Below are positions 30,539 to 41,554 of a DNA stretch of 64,000 nt, in pieces. A program made the position numbers and the translations under genes. How positions within the stretch are numbered: the first letter of the stretch is position 1; every line of letters begins with the position of its first letter. The stretch comes from an uncultured Acidobacteriota bacterium (GTDB taxonomy: Bacteria; Acidobacteriota; UBA6911; RPQK01; JAPXNP01), in contig CAVZRV010000006.1 of NCBI GenBank assembly GCA_963777605.1, positions 64,001-128,000 on the forward strand, written 5' to 3'. Under the pieces are notes generated by a model. That model ran no database searches. It had not been told where the DNA came from and was given only the letters and a program-made list of their open reading frames with translations.

Positions 30539-32302
30539 TCACTGAGACCGCAACTCAGCAAAATCTCCACCAACTTCCGGCAACAGGTGATTGTCCACGA
30601 AGGCCCCAACCTCGGCCAGGGATCGCTGGACCACCAGTTCGCGACAGAGTTCGCTCAAAACCATTGCCGAAGTGCCCCGCAGCACCTCCTTCAAGCGGGG
30701 AATCGCAAACGACGTCATCGAAAGCTTTCTATAACCCAGCCCGACAAGGACAGCTGCGTAAAGCGGGTTCGCCGCCATCTCGCCACAGACCGCCACCTCT
30801 CTTCCGAATTCAGTAGCCACCCGGTGAATTCGCACGAGGCTCTTGAGAATAGCCGGGTGCAGCGGGTTGTACAGTTCGGCGACTTCATCATTCAGGCGGC
30901 CGGCCGCGAGAGTGTACTGGATCAGATCGTTCGTTCCAACCGCCAGAAACTCACACAGTGGTGCGATCGCCTCCAACGTCCAGACCGCCGCCGGAGTCTC
31001 AATCAAAACGCCGACCGGAATCGGCCCGCCGTCCGCAGTTCCGACATGCCGTTCCGCCTCGTCGATCAGCGCTCTCGCCTTGATCAACTCGTCCACGCTC
31101 GAGACCATGGGGAGGACGATGCGCAAGTCGCCATACTTCCGGGCCCGAACAATAGCACGGACCTGTTCCTGAAACCGCACGCGATCCGAAAGACTGTATC
31201 GGATTCCACGAAGCCCGAGAACCCCGGCCTCGTCACCCGCTGCAAAACGGGAATCATGGCCGCGCGCGACATCCAGCGTTCGAACGTCCGCCGTAAGAGG
31301 AGACACCGTCATGGCCAGCTTCTGGTACCACCGGAACTGCCTCTCCTCCTCTTCACCACCCTGGGCATCGCTCATGAAGAGGAATTCGGTCCGAAACAGC
31401 CCGATGCCTTCGGCTCCAAAACGGAGGGCAGATTCGACCTCGGCTCCGAATTCGGTGTTGGCAAGCAGGCGCACCCGCTGCCCGTCCAGAGTCAGGCACG
31501 GCTCTTCGTCAACCGAGTGCCCGCTTGGCTCGCTGCGTTCGAGAATTCGAACCCGCGTCTCCTGCAGAAACTCCCTTGACGTTCCAATTTCGACAACACC
31601 CCGGAAACCGTCCACACACAGGTAATCCCCGGTTCTGATCCGGTCTCGAAGATCGTCCACACCGGTGACCAGAGGAATCTGCAGCGAGCGGGCAATGATC
31701 GCCAAATGAGAATTCACCCCGGAACGGGCCGAAACCAGTCCCTGGACCCGTCCGAGCGGAAAACGGGCCAGCGTTGAAAGCCCGATCTCGGAACCCACCA
31801 GGATCACATCTTCCGATGGTTGAGACTCCGCCTCACTGACCAACTTCAGAAGATTGGCAAGAATCCGGTCGATCACTTCCTGGAAATCGAAGCCGCGATC
31901 CTTGAAAAACTCGTCTTCCAGGGATTCGTATGCTGAGAGGAGTTTCTCTGCCACATGACAAACGGCGTTTTCGGCGGTGTCGAGCCGCTCAGTAATCCGG
32001 CGTTCGACCTGGCCGAGCAGATCCTGGTCGTCCAGCATGAGGAGGTGGGCTTCGATGATGTAGGAGTGATCCGTTTCCAATACCTGCTCGAGCTTCTGCT
32101 TGTCGCGCAGGTACTGCTGGCGAGCCTGGCGGACCGCCTCCTCAAATCGGGCCCGTTCGGAATCAACCTCCGCCTCTGAGATGCGCAATCGGTAGAAGCT
32201 TGGCTGGGTCGCCTCGACCCGGTAGGCGACACCACACCCGACTCCCGGAGCGAGACCCTTGCCATCGAGTTGTCCTGTATGGTTCTGCCTGTCTGCCGTC
32301 AA
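30539..32302 (-). CDS. ptsI: PTS enzyme I
   Basis: Phospho-His in NSHLAIIARSL; GIGLFRTEFLF, GTNDLIQY, VCGEMA. Confidence 0.94.
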   Translation of the reverse strand: MTADRQNHTGQLDGKGLAPGVGCGVAYRVEATQPSFYRLRISEAEVDSERARFEEAVRQARQQYLRDKQKLEQVLETDHSYIIEAHLLMLDDQDLLGQVERRITERLDTAENAVCHVAEKLLSAYESLEDEFFKDRGFDFQEVIDRILANLLKLVSEAESQPSEDVILVGSEIGLSTLARFPLGRVQGLVSARSGVNSHLAIIARSLQIPLVTGVDDLRDRIRTGDYLCVDGFRGVVEIGTSREFLQETRVRILERSEPSGHSVDEEPCLTLDGQRVRLLANTEFGAEVESALRFGAEGIGLFRTEFLFMSDAQGGEEEERQFRWYQKLAMTVSPLTADVRTLDVARGHDSRFAAGDEAGVLGLRGIRYSLSDRVRFQEQVRAIVRARKYGDLRIVLPMVSSVDELIKARALIDEAERHVGTADGGPIPVGVLIETPAAVWTLEAIAPLCEFLAVGTNDLIQYTLAAGRLNDEVAELYNPLHPAILKSLVRIHRVATEFGREVAVCGEMAANPLYAAVLVGLGYRKLSMTSFAIPRLKEVLRGTSAMVLSELCRELVVQRSLAEVGAFVDNHLLPEVGGDFAELRSQ

Positions 32303-32574
32303 CGTTCTTCACCAAATCTGCTCTGTATTAGGTCAATTATCTCCCGGGCCGCGGCTTCCTCGTCACCACCGTCGAACGTGATTCTCAGACGAGTCCCCCG
32401 CTTGGCCGCCATGAGAAGGATTCCAAGGATACTCTTGGCATCAATGCGCTGGTCCTGCCCGTCCCTCGACAACTTTATGTCTGATTCAAACGTCGATGTC
32501 AGGCGGACCAGCTTGGCCGCCGCGCGGGCATGAAGGCCCAGTTCGTTCTCAATTTCGACTACCCGCTGAATCAT
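32299..32574 (-). CDS. ptsH: phosphocarrier HPr
   Basis: GLHARAAA (His15), DAKSIL (Ser46). Confidence 0.95.
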   Translation of the reverse strand: MIQRVVEIENELGLHARAAAKLVRLTSTFESDIKLSRDGQDQRIDAKSILGILLMAAKRGTRLRITFDGGDEEAAAREIIDLIQSRFGEER

Positions 32575-32984
32575 TCGCCCAAGAGTTCGCTGGCGATGGT
32601 GATGTGACGCTGACCCTGGTCCCTGACTTTCTTCGCAAGATCGTCAAGCGATTCCTCACCACTCTGGTTCGCCAGTTTGATCAGCATCGGAAGATTGACA
32701 CCGGTTACGATTTCAATCTGATTCTTCTCCAGCAGGGGCATCGACAAGTTCGAGGGCGTGCCTCCGAACATATCGGTCAGGATGATCACTCCCCGTCCCT
32801 GATTCACCTGTTGGACACCGTTCGAGATCCGGTGCTTCGATTCCTCCACGTCATCGTTCCATCCGAGCGAGAGAAATGCCATGTGGCTAACGTCGCCCAC
32901 AATAGTACGGGTCGCCTCGAGAAGCTCTTCCCCAAGACGGCCATGGGTTACCAGCAAGGTGCCAATTAAATTCATTTCGCTCAT
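32571..32984 (-). CDS. PTS EIIA, mannose/fructose type
   Basis: LVTHG, LTDMFGGTPSN, GVNLPML; start at ATG 32984 overlaps the rapZ stop. Confidence 0.92.
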   Translation of the reverse strand: MSEMNLIGTLLVTHGRLGEELLEATRTIVGDVSHMAFLSLGWNDDVEESKHRISNGVQQVNQGRGVIILTDMFGGTPSNLSMPLLEKNQIEIVTGVNLPMLIKLANQSGEESLDDLAKKVRDQGQRHITIASELLGE

Positions 32985-33868
32985 TCGAGATGAAGATCGC
33001 GGTGCACAAGGTTCACTTCGAAACCCTTGGAAGCCAGCCGGCCGGCAAGTTCTCCGGCGATCATCACGGACCGATGTCGACCGCCCGTGCACCCGATTCC
33101 CACCGTGCAGTAAGACTTCCCCTCCTGAGAGTACCGCGGGAGCAAATATTCTAGCATGTCCTGGATTTTCCCAAGGATCTCTCCAGTCTCCTCAAACCGG
33201 TTCAGATACTCGATTACCGGGCGATCGTTTCCGCTCTGTTCCCGCAGACCCGGTTCGAAGAACGGATTGGGCAAAAAGCGAACGTCGAAGACCAGATCCG
33301 AGTTATAGGGGATCCCACGCTTAAAGCCAAAACTGACGATGGAGAGGTTGAACGGGCTTCCGGCCCCGCTCCGAAACCGCTCACCGATCAACCTTCGCAA
33401 TTCGTGGACCGAAAGGTCCGCCGTGTCGACGACCATGTCCGCCATGGCCTTGATTTCTGCCAGCGACTCCCGCTCGGCCTGGAAACCATCCAGGAGCGAG
33501 GCGCTCCGTGCCAGGGGGTGAACCCGCCGGGTTTCACTGTATCGCTCGGCCAGGATCCGGTCCGGTGCATCGAAAAATACGATCTGGGACGAAAACGGGA
33601 GGGAACGGAGACGGCTAAAGAGCTTCTTGAAATCGGCCACCGATTCGCCCAGCCGGGCATCCACTACCACGGCCAGCTTCTCGATCTTGCCGCCTGATGC
33701 GATCGTCATCTCGATCAGCCGGGGAACCAGAGCGGTCGGGAGATTGTCCACGCAAAAGAAACCAAGGTCCTCAAATGCCTTGAACGCGGTGTGCTTCCCG
33801 GACCCGCTCATGCCGGTGATGATTACGACCTGTTTGGCATCTCTCGAGGGCTCAGTCGACACTGTCAT
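32981..33868 (-). CDS. rapZ: RNase adapter RapZ
   Basis: GMSGSGK, FCVDNLP, SFGFK, FDVRFLPNP, GCTGGRHRSV. Confidence 0.96.
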   Translation of the reverse strand: MTVSTEPSRDAKQVVIITGMSGSGKHTAFKAFEDLGFFCVDNLPTALVPRLIEMTIASGGKIEKLAVVVDARLGESVADFKKLFSRLRSLPFSSQIVFFDAPDRILAERYSETRRVHPLARSASLLDGFQAERESLAEIKAMADMVVDTADLSVHELRRLIGERFRSGAGSPFNLSIVSFGFKRGIPYNSDLVFDVRFLPNPFFEPGLREQSGNDRPVIEYLNRFEETGEILGKIQDMLEYLLPRYSQEGKSYCTVGIGCTGGRHRSVMIAGELAGRLASKGFEVNLVHRDLHLE

Positions 33869-34818
33869 CTTCCATTCCCGTCAATCTGGCGTGGAGGGAA
33901 TCCAGAAATTCAGCAGACGGTCGATATCCCTGCTTCTTGAGCAACTGAATCCGAACAGCCACCTCGACGAGCGTGGCCACATTTCTTCCCGAAGCTACCG
34001 GCATCGTGATCAGCGGCACCGAGCAATCGAGGAGCCGGCACTCCTTCTCTTCGAACTGCAACCGATCCTCCTCCTGCCAGTCCCTCCAGTGGACCAGCTC
34101 GACTGCAAGTTCGACCTGCTTTTGCCCGGTAACCGACGAGATTCCGAAAAGCTCACGGATATTGATCACGCCGAGTCCTCGGACTTCCATGTGGTACTTC
34201 ATGTGATCGGGCCCGGATCCCATGAGACGCTCCGCCCCGAAGCGCCGCATAACGACCATGTCGTCGGTCACGAGTCGATGTCCCCGCATGACCAGTTCGA
34301 GTCCGCATTCGCTCTTTCCGATTCCCGATCGTCCGGTGATTAGAACGCCCAGCCCATAGACGTCGATCAGCACACCGTGAATCGAAGTCGAGGGCGAGAG
34401 TCGTTCCTCGAGGAATTCGGTGATCTCGTCTACCGTCCGCACCGTAGGCAGAGGCGTGATCAAGATCGGGACCTCGTATTCCTTGGCCAGAGTGAGAAGG
34501 ACGCCGGGAGGGTTCATGCCGCCCGTGATCACGATGCAGCACACGCCAAGGCCGAAAGTCCGGCGCAGTGCTTCGGACCGTTCTTCCTCGGTGAAATTGG
34601 ACAGCAATCCCATCTCGGAACGCCCGATGAACTGAACTCTTCCATGATCCAAGTAGTCGGTGTAGCCAGCGAGGGAGAGCCCCATCTTCTGGATGCGGGC
34701 AGAGGTTATGCGGGTTGTCGAGCCCGTTAGCCCCGGCGACCAGGCGAATCTCCAAAGACTTGGCCTTGGCCTGATAGAGCTGGCGAACAGTTCTGCTGGA
34801 AACAATCTCATCCGACAT
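33852..34818 (-). CDS. hprK: HPr kinase/phosphorylase, one frameshift near 34712
   Basis: N-terminus MSDEIV...LVAGANGLDN is in one frame; RITSARIQKMGL...HGVLIDV, GRSGIGKSE, MEVRGLG is in another. Confidence 0.92.
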
Positions 34819-34880
34819 GGGGGCAAGACACATTCGGACTCTATCTCACCGCAAACTGGGACGCGGACACCACTCAGGGG

Positions 34881-36314
34881 TCACTGCAGGAGGGAAAGTT
34901 TCCGCTCCCGTGAGCCCGGCAAGTTCATCTGATCGCGATACTTGGCGACTGTCCGGCGGGTAATCTGGATTCCCTCCTGGCTCAACATCTTCGAAATGCG
35001 CTGGTCCGATAGAGGCTTCTGCGTGTTTTCCTCTTCAATTATCTGCTTGATACGCTCTTTAACTCGAACCGTGGAGACATTCTCCCCATCGGCACCTTCA
35101 ACACCAACCGTGAAAAACTTCCGGAGCTCGATCACGCCCTGAGGAGTGTGGGCATACTTGTTGGCCACGACGCGGGAGATGGTTGAGGGATGAACTCCCA
35201 ATTCCGCGGCGATGTCCTTGATCAGCATCGGCCTCAAGAACATGCGCCCCTTTTCAAGGAACTCGGACTGCAGGTCCACAATCGCCCGGCACACCCGGAA
35301 AATCGTCTGCTGCCGCTGGTCGATACTCCGAATCAACTCCAGGGCCGCCCGGAAGCGTTCCTTGACATAGCTCTTCGTGTCCTTGGGAACGTTGTCTCCC
35401 TTGAGCAACAGGCGTCGGTAGGCCCGGTTGAGGCGCAAGTGGGGCAGGCCGTCATCGTTCAGGACGAAGTGGTACTCGTCGTCCAGCTTATAGATGTAGA
35501 CGTCGGGGCGGATGTACATCGGCTCCTTGGCGCTGTACTTCTGGCCCGGTTTGGGCGACAGCTTGCGGATCACCTCAAGAGCCGTTCCGATGTCGCTCAA
35601 GTCACACCGCAAGCTCTTTGCAATCTCCTTGTACTTCTTCCGCTCAATCAACGGGAGATAGTTCAGAACCAGCTCCTCGGCCATGGTTCCATCCAGCCCC
35701 GCGGCATGCAGCTGAATCAGGAGGCATTCCCTGAGATCCCTCGCCCCCACACCGATCGGGTCAAGGGACTGGACCAGAGCGAGCGCCTCTTCAACCAGTG
35801 TCATTTCGACACCAAGGGATCTCTCCACTTCCTCCACTGTGCAGGTCAGGTAACCGTCTTCGTTGATGTTACCGATCATGTAGTCGATGATCGGCCTAAT
35901 CTCTTCGGGAACCTCGGACATCGTGATTTGCCACTCAAGGTGGTCGGTCAGTGACGTCGATGTGGAGAGAAACATCTCGAAGGTCGGCCGGTCGTCCGGG
36001 ATCTCGTATTCCCGGTTGCGGAACGGTGAGCTGAGATACTCTCCGAAGAAGTAGTCGTAGTCGAAGTCCTCCAGGCTGTCCTTGGGCTTTTCCGGCTCCG
36101 CCTCCTCGGTTGGAGTCTCCCGCGACGATTCAGGATCGGCGCCGTCCGGCACCTCTTCCAGGAACGGATTCTTGACCATCTCCTGGGTCATCAGGTCGCA
36201 GAGCTCGAGCTGGTTGAGCGTCAGCAGCTCAATCTTCTGCAACAGCGAAGGCGTCATCGCCAGCCGCTGCGAGATGGTCACATTCAGTGTCGGTCTAAGC
36301 TGATTCTTGCTCAC
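34881..36314 (-). CDS. rpoN: RNA polymerase sigma-54 factor
   Basis: TPSLLQKIELL, HPSTISR, RpoN box RRTVAKYR. Confidence 0.98.
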   Translation of the reverse strand: MSKNQLRPTLNVTISQRLAMTPSLLQKIELLTLNQLELCDLMTQEMVKNPFLEEVPDGADPESSRETPTEEAEPEKPKDSLEDFDYDYFFGEYLSSPFRNREYEIPDDRPTFEMFLSTSTSLTDHLEWQITMSEVPEEIRPIIDYMIGNINEDGYLTCTVEEVERSLGVEMTLVEEALALVQSLDPIGVGARDLRECLLIQLHAAGLDGTMAEELVLNYLPLIERKKYKEIAKSLRCDLSDIGTALEVIRKLSPKPGQKYSAKEPMYIRPDVYIYKLDDEYHFVLNDDGLPHLRLNRAYRRLLLKGDNVPKDTKSYVKERFRAALELIRSIDQRQQTIFRVCRAIVDLQSEFLEKGRMFLRPMLIKDIAAELGVHPSTISRVVANKYAHTPQGVIELRKFFTVGVEGADGENVSTVRVKERIKQIIEEENTQKPLSDQRISKMLSQEGIQITRRTVAKYRDQMNLPGSRERKLSLLQ

Positions 36315-36364
36315 AGTTAAACAATCAGTATCTTAACAGCGTTCGATGACCGGAATACATGGCC

Positions 36365-37108
36365 TCAGTACAGCCTGAAATGTTCTCCGAGGTACACTCT
36401 TCGGACCTCCAGATCCGATGAAAGCCGGTCCGGAGTCCCCGACCGAAAGATCGAGCCCTCTTTAATTATATAGGCTCGATCCGTGATGCGGAGTGTCTCT
36501 CTCACATTGTGATCGGTGATCAGGACGCCGATTCGGCGTTCCTTGAGTCCTCCGATGATCCGTTGGATTTCGAGTACCGCCAGCGGGTCAATCCCCGCAA
36601 ATGGCTCATCCAGCAGAATAAACGATGGATGCGTCACCAGCGCCCGGGCGATCTCAAGCCTTCTTCGCTCGCCGCCGGAAAGAGTGTAAGCCAGGTTCCG
36701 ACGAAGTGGGGCAATTCCGAATTCTTCGAGCAGTTCACTCACCGTCTGATCGGCCTCGCCCGGGCTCATCCCCAGAACCTCGGCGATCGCGTACAGGTTG
36801 TCTTCCACCGACAGCTTTCTAAATGCCGACGGTTCCTGCGGGAGATAGCTGATTCCCTTGCGCGCCCTCAGGTACATCGGAAGCCAGGTAATCTCCTCTC
36901 CGTTGTGGATTACCTGGCCGGCGTCGGGCGCAGCGAGGCCGACCATCATGTAAAACGTCGTGGTCTTGCCCGCACCGTTCGGCCCCAGCAGTCCAACGAC
37001 CTCTCCGGAACACACTTCGACGTCCACGTTATCGACCACACGCCGCCCGCGATAGCTCTTGATCAATTTCCGGGCAGCCAAGGTTGGAACGAATTCTTCC
37101 AGTGTCAT
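36365..37108 (-). CDS. lptB: LPS export ABC ATPase
   Basis: [43 protein letters not shown]. Confidence 0.96.
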   Translation of the reverse strand: MTLEEFVPTLAARKLIKSYRGRRVVDNVDVEVCSGEVVGLLGPNGAGKTTTFYMMVGLAAPDAGQVIHNGEEITWLPMYLRARKGISYLPQEPSAFRKLSVEDNLYAIAEVLGMSPGEADQTVSELLEEFGIAPLRRNLAYTLSGGERRRLEIARALVTHPSFILLDEPFAGIDPLAVLEIQRIIGGLKERRIGVLITDHNVRETLRITDRAYIIKEGSIFRSGTPDRLSSDLEVRRVYLGEHFRLY

Positions 37109-37213
37109 TAAAAATGCGCCTCAGAAACTCGTCAGCAGTCTAGCACCGGGGGCGGTTAAGGGTCAACCAGGATACAATGTAAGACTTTATTTTTCAGTGA
37201 TTTGTAACGCGAC

Positions 37214-39478
37214 TCACTTCGCCGCGATGACCCGATCCGTTGCCCGGTAGTAAACCGCCTTTTCGGTCTGCCAATGGCGCCCTTGCTCCCGAATGTCGAC
37301 ACCACCACCGGCCTCGATGCGGTCCATCCCCTTCGCCGGAGCCGTCGCGAAATAGGCATCCAGGCGCGGTGCCTTCAGTACCAACTCTTCTGCCTCGAGG
37401 ACGACTTCACCTTCATAGGTTGCGCGGTTTTCACCCGACATGACCCGCATTCGATTCGATCGAACCTCAAATTGCTTGGCTTCATTCTTTTGCCGATCCA
37501 CCCAGACACTATCGACTTTTCCACGGGCCTCGAGTGCGCCTTCGGTTCGATTCACGCGGATCTCTTCCGCCTTCACCAGGTTCTCATCCTGCACCATGCG
37601 CGGATTTCCAGTGTACTGGATCCATCCCGTCACGCTAGAGGACTCCATGTACTCAGCAGTGATCACACTGAGGCCACCGTCGCCTTCCAACGCGCTTTCG
37701 ACATTGCGCTCAGCCACGATCTCCCCTTTGGCCCGCGACAGGCGAAGTTCCCCGGCCCGGGTTCGAAACGTATTCCCGCCCGATTCCAGAGTCAGTTCGG
37801 GCCGATCTTTGCCGCGGATCGTCAGGTTGGCGCTGGTCAGGTCGTAGAGCCCGGTGTCACCCTTGACTGTGAGAGCTCCTGCCGAGTCGGCACGGTTCAG
37901 GCGGAACTCCCCGGCAAATTCGGCCTCGGCGAGGGTTCCACCCTTGAACCGGGTCACGAGCCTTTCCCCGGAGGCTTTGACTTCCTCCAGGGCGGACTTG
38001 AGCGTGAGCTCTGCTCCGCCTTCCGCAACCCCCTCGTCCGGCTTTCCATCAGAAAACCGAAGCCGAAAGGTCGGCGCCGTGACCGCTTCGCGCTGAACCT
38101 CGCTCTCGCTGACCAACCGGCATCCGCCCGTGGCCTGGATAAGCTGAGGAAGACCATCACGGTAGTTAATGGTTGCGTTCCCCCCGGCCGTCACTTCGCG
38201 GGTGCCCGCACCTCCTGAATGAATGAGACGAACGGGTCCCTCAGCCAGGCAACTCTCCGGAGAACCCGACTCCGCGAACTGGAGATCCAACCGCCGGCAC
38301 CAGAGTTCATCATTCTCTCCAGATCCTGACGGTTCCGCCCCGCCGTCCCGGCGCAGGTAGGCGTCCCCATCCAGTCTCAGTCGAGTGATGCCCGCTCCAG
38401 AACCCGAAAAGTCGGCCCGAAAACGTTCCGCTGTGCCAGTGGTAAGTTGGGCTGGTTCAGAACGAAACGAAGTCTGTCCACTCCCCGACAGCGAGGAGAG
38501 CGCAATCCCGGCTCCTGCCGGCGACGCCTCATCGAGATACGGTGCGTCTATGCGATCCGCCAGCAATTCGTTGACTCCGCCTTCCACTGATTCGCTGTAG
38601 CGCGCCGCCTCCACGCGCGGACGTTCGGGGCTCAGCCGGTCTCCGAATATCACGAGGCTTCCTGGCATTCCGGGTTCCGGAGGCACCACCATCTCGATCC
38701 TCTGGCCGGTGAAGCGCCGGTCCTCTCCGATGTGCAGCGACGCCGAGCCGAGCGCAGACAGCCGTTCGAGGCGGGACTGATCGACGACCTTCAAGTCGAT
38801 CTCGGCGGCGCTCAATTCATGTGCCGCCATCTCGACCCGAGAATTTCCCTTCAGCCGGATGATCCCGGCAGCCATTTCGTAAACACCACTCAATGCAGAC
38901 GAGCGCCCCTTCTGACCGGCGGTGTCGAACTCGAACTTGAGCCCTGAACTGATGATCAGCCGGCGAGGGTTGATCTCATACAGCAACCCCTCGCCTGACC
39001 CCTCGATGGTTCCCTGCACGAAGCGGAACTGATCCTGGATATTGACGATCTCCCGGTCCAGGTCGGCATCCGCTCGATCCGCGAAAATCCGTGTTCCCTG
39101 GGAGAGGTTGATGACTACGTCATCCCTGAACTCCAACTGCTTCTCATTGAGTCGGTAAAGTGCGGAACTGGCGTCGATCGTGTCGGTTTCCTGGCCGGCC
39201 TCGTCCAGCCGAACGAGGTGAACCTGCTCCAACAGATGCTCGTCGTTGCGGGTCGTGGTGCTCACCCCCGCCTTTACCAGGAAGAGGACCCGTCCCCCCT
39301 TCAACTGGGAGTACTCGAAGTCAGTGGATCGACGGGTGATCTCCGAGGTGAGGATTTCCGAGGGCCTGTTCCCGTCTACGCGGCGCTCACTCCGGTTCCA
39401 GATATTGACGGCAATGACGGCAACCCCGCCAAGGAGGAGGACGATCAACAGGAATCGAAAAGAGCGGGAGCGAAACAT
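37214..39478 (-). CDS. very long LptC/LptA (OstA-like) periplasmic protein
   Basis: N-terminal TM anchor, ~720 aa beta-rich, C-terminal LptA-like end (RIEAGGGVDI...EKAVY); immediately upstream of lptB. Confidence 0.8.
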   Translation of the reverse strand: MFRSRSFRFLLIVLLLGGVAVIAVNIWNRSERRVDGNRPSEILTSEITRRSTDFEYSQLKGGRVLFLVKAGVSTTTRNDEHLLEQVHLVRLDEAGQETDTIDASSALYRLNEKQLEFRDDVVINLSQGTRIFADRADADLDREIVNIQDQFRFVQGTIEGSGEGLLYEINPRRLIISSGLKFEFDTAGQKGRSSALSGVYEMAAGIIRLKGNSRVEMAAHELSAAEIDLKVVDQSRLERLSALGSASLHIGEDRRFTGQRIEMVVPPEPGMPGSLVIFGDRLSPERPRVEAARYSESVEGGVNELLADRIDAPYLDEASPAGAGIALSSLSGSGQTSFRSEPAQLTTGTAERFRADFSGSGAGITRLRLDGDAYLRRDGGAEPSGSGENDELWCRRLDLQFAESGSPESCLAEGPVRLIHSGGAGTREVTAGGNATINYRDGLPQLIQATGGCRLVSESEVQREAVTAPTFRLRFSDGKPDEGVAEGGAELTLKSALEEVKASGERLVTRFKGGTLAEAEFAGEFRLNRADSAGALTVKGDTGLYDLTSANLTIRGKDRPELTLESGGNTFRTRAGELRLSRAKGEIVAERNVESALEGDGGLSVITAEYMESSSVTGWIQYTGNPRMVQDENLVKAEEIRVNRTEGALEARGKVDSVWVDRQKNEAKQFEVRSNRMRVMSGENRATYEGEVVLEAEELVLKAPRLDAYFATAPAKGMDRIEAGGGVDIREQGRHWQTEKAVYYRATDRVIAAK

Positions 39479-39545
39479 GCGTTCTCCGGGAGGCCCATTC
39501 TACCCGATCGTCAACGCAGGAGTGCGAACAGCGGCATTCGGGAGT

Positions 39546-41250
39546 TCAACCGCGGAGATCCTTGACCGTCAGAACGATCCTCTCCTGCCCCCTGAACTCC
39601 TCCCGGGCGACCGTGTAAGCGAGGTCCACCCGCTGTCCGGTCTGAAGTTGGGAAGCCAGCTCCCCGTGCCGCCACCAGATTATGTCGATCGGCATGCCAT
39701 TTCCACCGGCACTCAGCTTCAAATGCCGGTCCCCGATCACCCAGGGCCCCCCTTCGATCTCCACTTGCTCCGAGGAAAAAATCGGGACCGGGTTTCCAAT
39801 CCCGAACGGGGCCAGGCTCTCCAGTTGCCGGCAAAGGTCCAGTGTGACCGACTCGACTGAAAGCACCGCGTCGACCGGAATTTCGGGCTGCAGTTCCTCC
39901 TCTCGAATATTGGCGGCCGCATATTCCTGCAACGCAGTGCGCACCTCGTCCAATCCCAGAATCGAGCAGTATTTGGGTTTCAGGGTGCAGCCTGCCGCCT
40001 GGGCATGTCCGCCGAAGCGAACGAAGTAGCGGGCATAGTGCTGGATCGAATCGAGGAGATGGAACCCGGGAATACTCCGACCAGACCCCTGTGCCCCGTC
40101 CTCCCCGAGAGAGAGGACGATTACCGGACGATGGAACCGGTGGACGAGCCGGGCGGCAACATTTCCCAACACGCCCCGGTGCCATCCTTCCCCGGCCACA
40201 AGCAGAAATGGCCGGTCCCAGGATCCCGGGTCCTCCTCGATTCGACGGTTGATCTCCTTCAGGATCCGGTCCTCTTCGGCTCGCCTTTGACGGTTTTTCT
40301 CGATTCATCTCTTCAACAATCGCCGCTGCTTCGGCGGGGGTTCTGGCGGAGAAGAGTTCAACGATCTCCTTGCCTCCTCCCATGCGGGTGAAGGCATTAA
40401 TCCTCGGTGCCAGCTTGAAGCCGACATCGACATGATCTACCCGCCGGCCGACACCGGCAGCCTGAAGCAGCGCCTGAAGCCCCAGGTTTGTGGTCTCCGG
40501 AAGGTCACTCAGTCCCAACTTGACGATCACCCGGTTTTCCCCGGTCAGGGGAACCATGTCGGCGATCGTCCCGATAGCGACCACTTTCAGGAAATGGGGC
40601 ACCAGATCGCCCCTCCCACGCTCGGTAAACATGGCCTGCACGATCTTGAGCCCCACTCCGACGGCTGCCAGTTCTTTGTCCGGGTAGTTGCAGTCGGACC
40701 GTTGCGGATTGAGCACAGCCAAGGCCTCAGGCAATGCTTCGGCGGGTAGGTGGTGATCAGTGACGATCAGGTCCAGACCAATTTCACGGGCATGACTGCA
40801 AGCCTCGAAATCGCGGATGCCGCAGTCCACCGTGATCACCAGGGAGTAACCGTCATGGCGGGCCTGGTCAAGGACGTCGCTCTTCATTCCGTAGCCGTCC
40901 TCAAGGCGATGAGGGATATGATAGCCGACGTCCCCGCCCAGCATCTCGAGGGCCCGTTTCAGAACCACGGTCGCGGTGATTCCATCGACATCGTAGTCGC
41001 CGTAGACCAGGATCTTTTCACCATTTTCGATGGCGGCACCCAGGCGGTCAACCACCGTCCTCATGTCCTTCATGAGAAAGGGATCGTGCAGATCGGAGAT
41101 GGACGGGTTGAGAAATCTCCGCGCTCGTTCCGGATCGGTGATGTCGCGGTTCACGAGGAGGGACGCAACCATCGACGAGACCCCCAGTTCGCGGCTGAGG
41201 ACACGAACCTGTTCCGGCTTGGGCTCGAGACACTTCCACAGGTACTGCAC
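39546..41250 (-). CDS. recJ: ssDNA exonuclease RecJ, one frameshift near 40300
   Basis: YGDYDVDG, TVDCG, TDHH, GTIAD in one frame; GWHRGVLG, GSGRS, FGGHAQAAG, LAPFGIGNP in another. The switch falls in an A-run. Confidence 0.94.
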
Positions 41251-41305
41251 GAGGGCATCCTAGCAGCGCAGCCTGACGGCAACCCAGGGCGGTCGGTGCG
41301 CCAGA

Positions 41306-41464
41306 TCAGAAGAGCGTGTAGATGAATGGAGCCACTGCGGACGACTCCGTAAAGACGATCAGGAAGCCCAGCAAAACCAGGAAAACGACGATCGGAAGCA
41401 GCCAGAACTTCTTCCGGACCTTCAGGAACTGCCACAGCTCAAACAGGATTCCAATCTTGCCCAT
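41306..41464 (-). CDS. 52-aa membrane microprotein, DUF5989/SxtK-like
   Basis: MGKIGILFELWQFLKVRKKFWLLPIVVFLVLLGFLIVFTESSAVAPFIYTLF; below the ORF-track length cutoff. Confidence 0.85.
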   Translation of the reverse strand: MGKIGILFELWQFLKVRKKFWLLPIVVFLVLLGFLIVFTESSAVAPFIYTLF

Positions 41465-41554
41465 CTCAGGATTGCCTCGCCCACATTATGCCCGCACGGC
41501 AAAGTCTGCATCAAGGCCGCCCTTTCACCGTCCAACCGCTTGGGGTTAGAATTG

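Noticed and set aside
40290-40310. Programmed frameshift in recJ
   Set aside because: It is a simple A-run among several similar indels, and I see no stimulatory structure.
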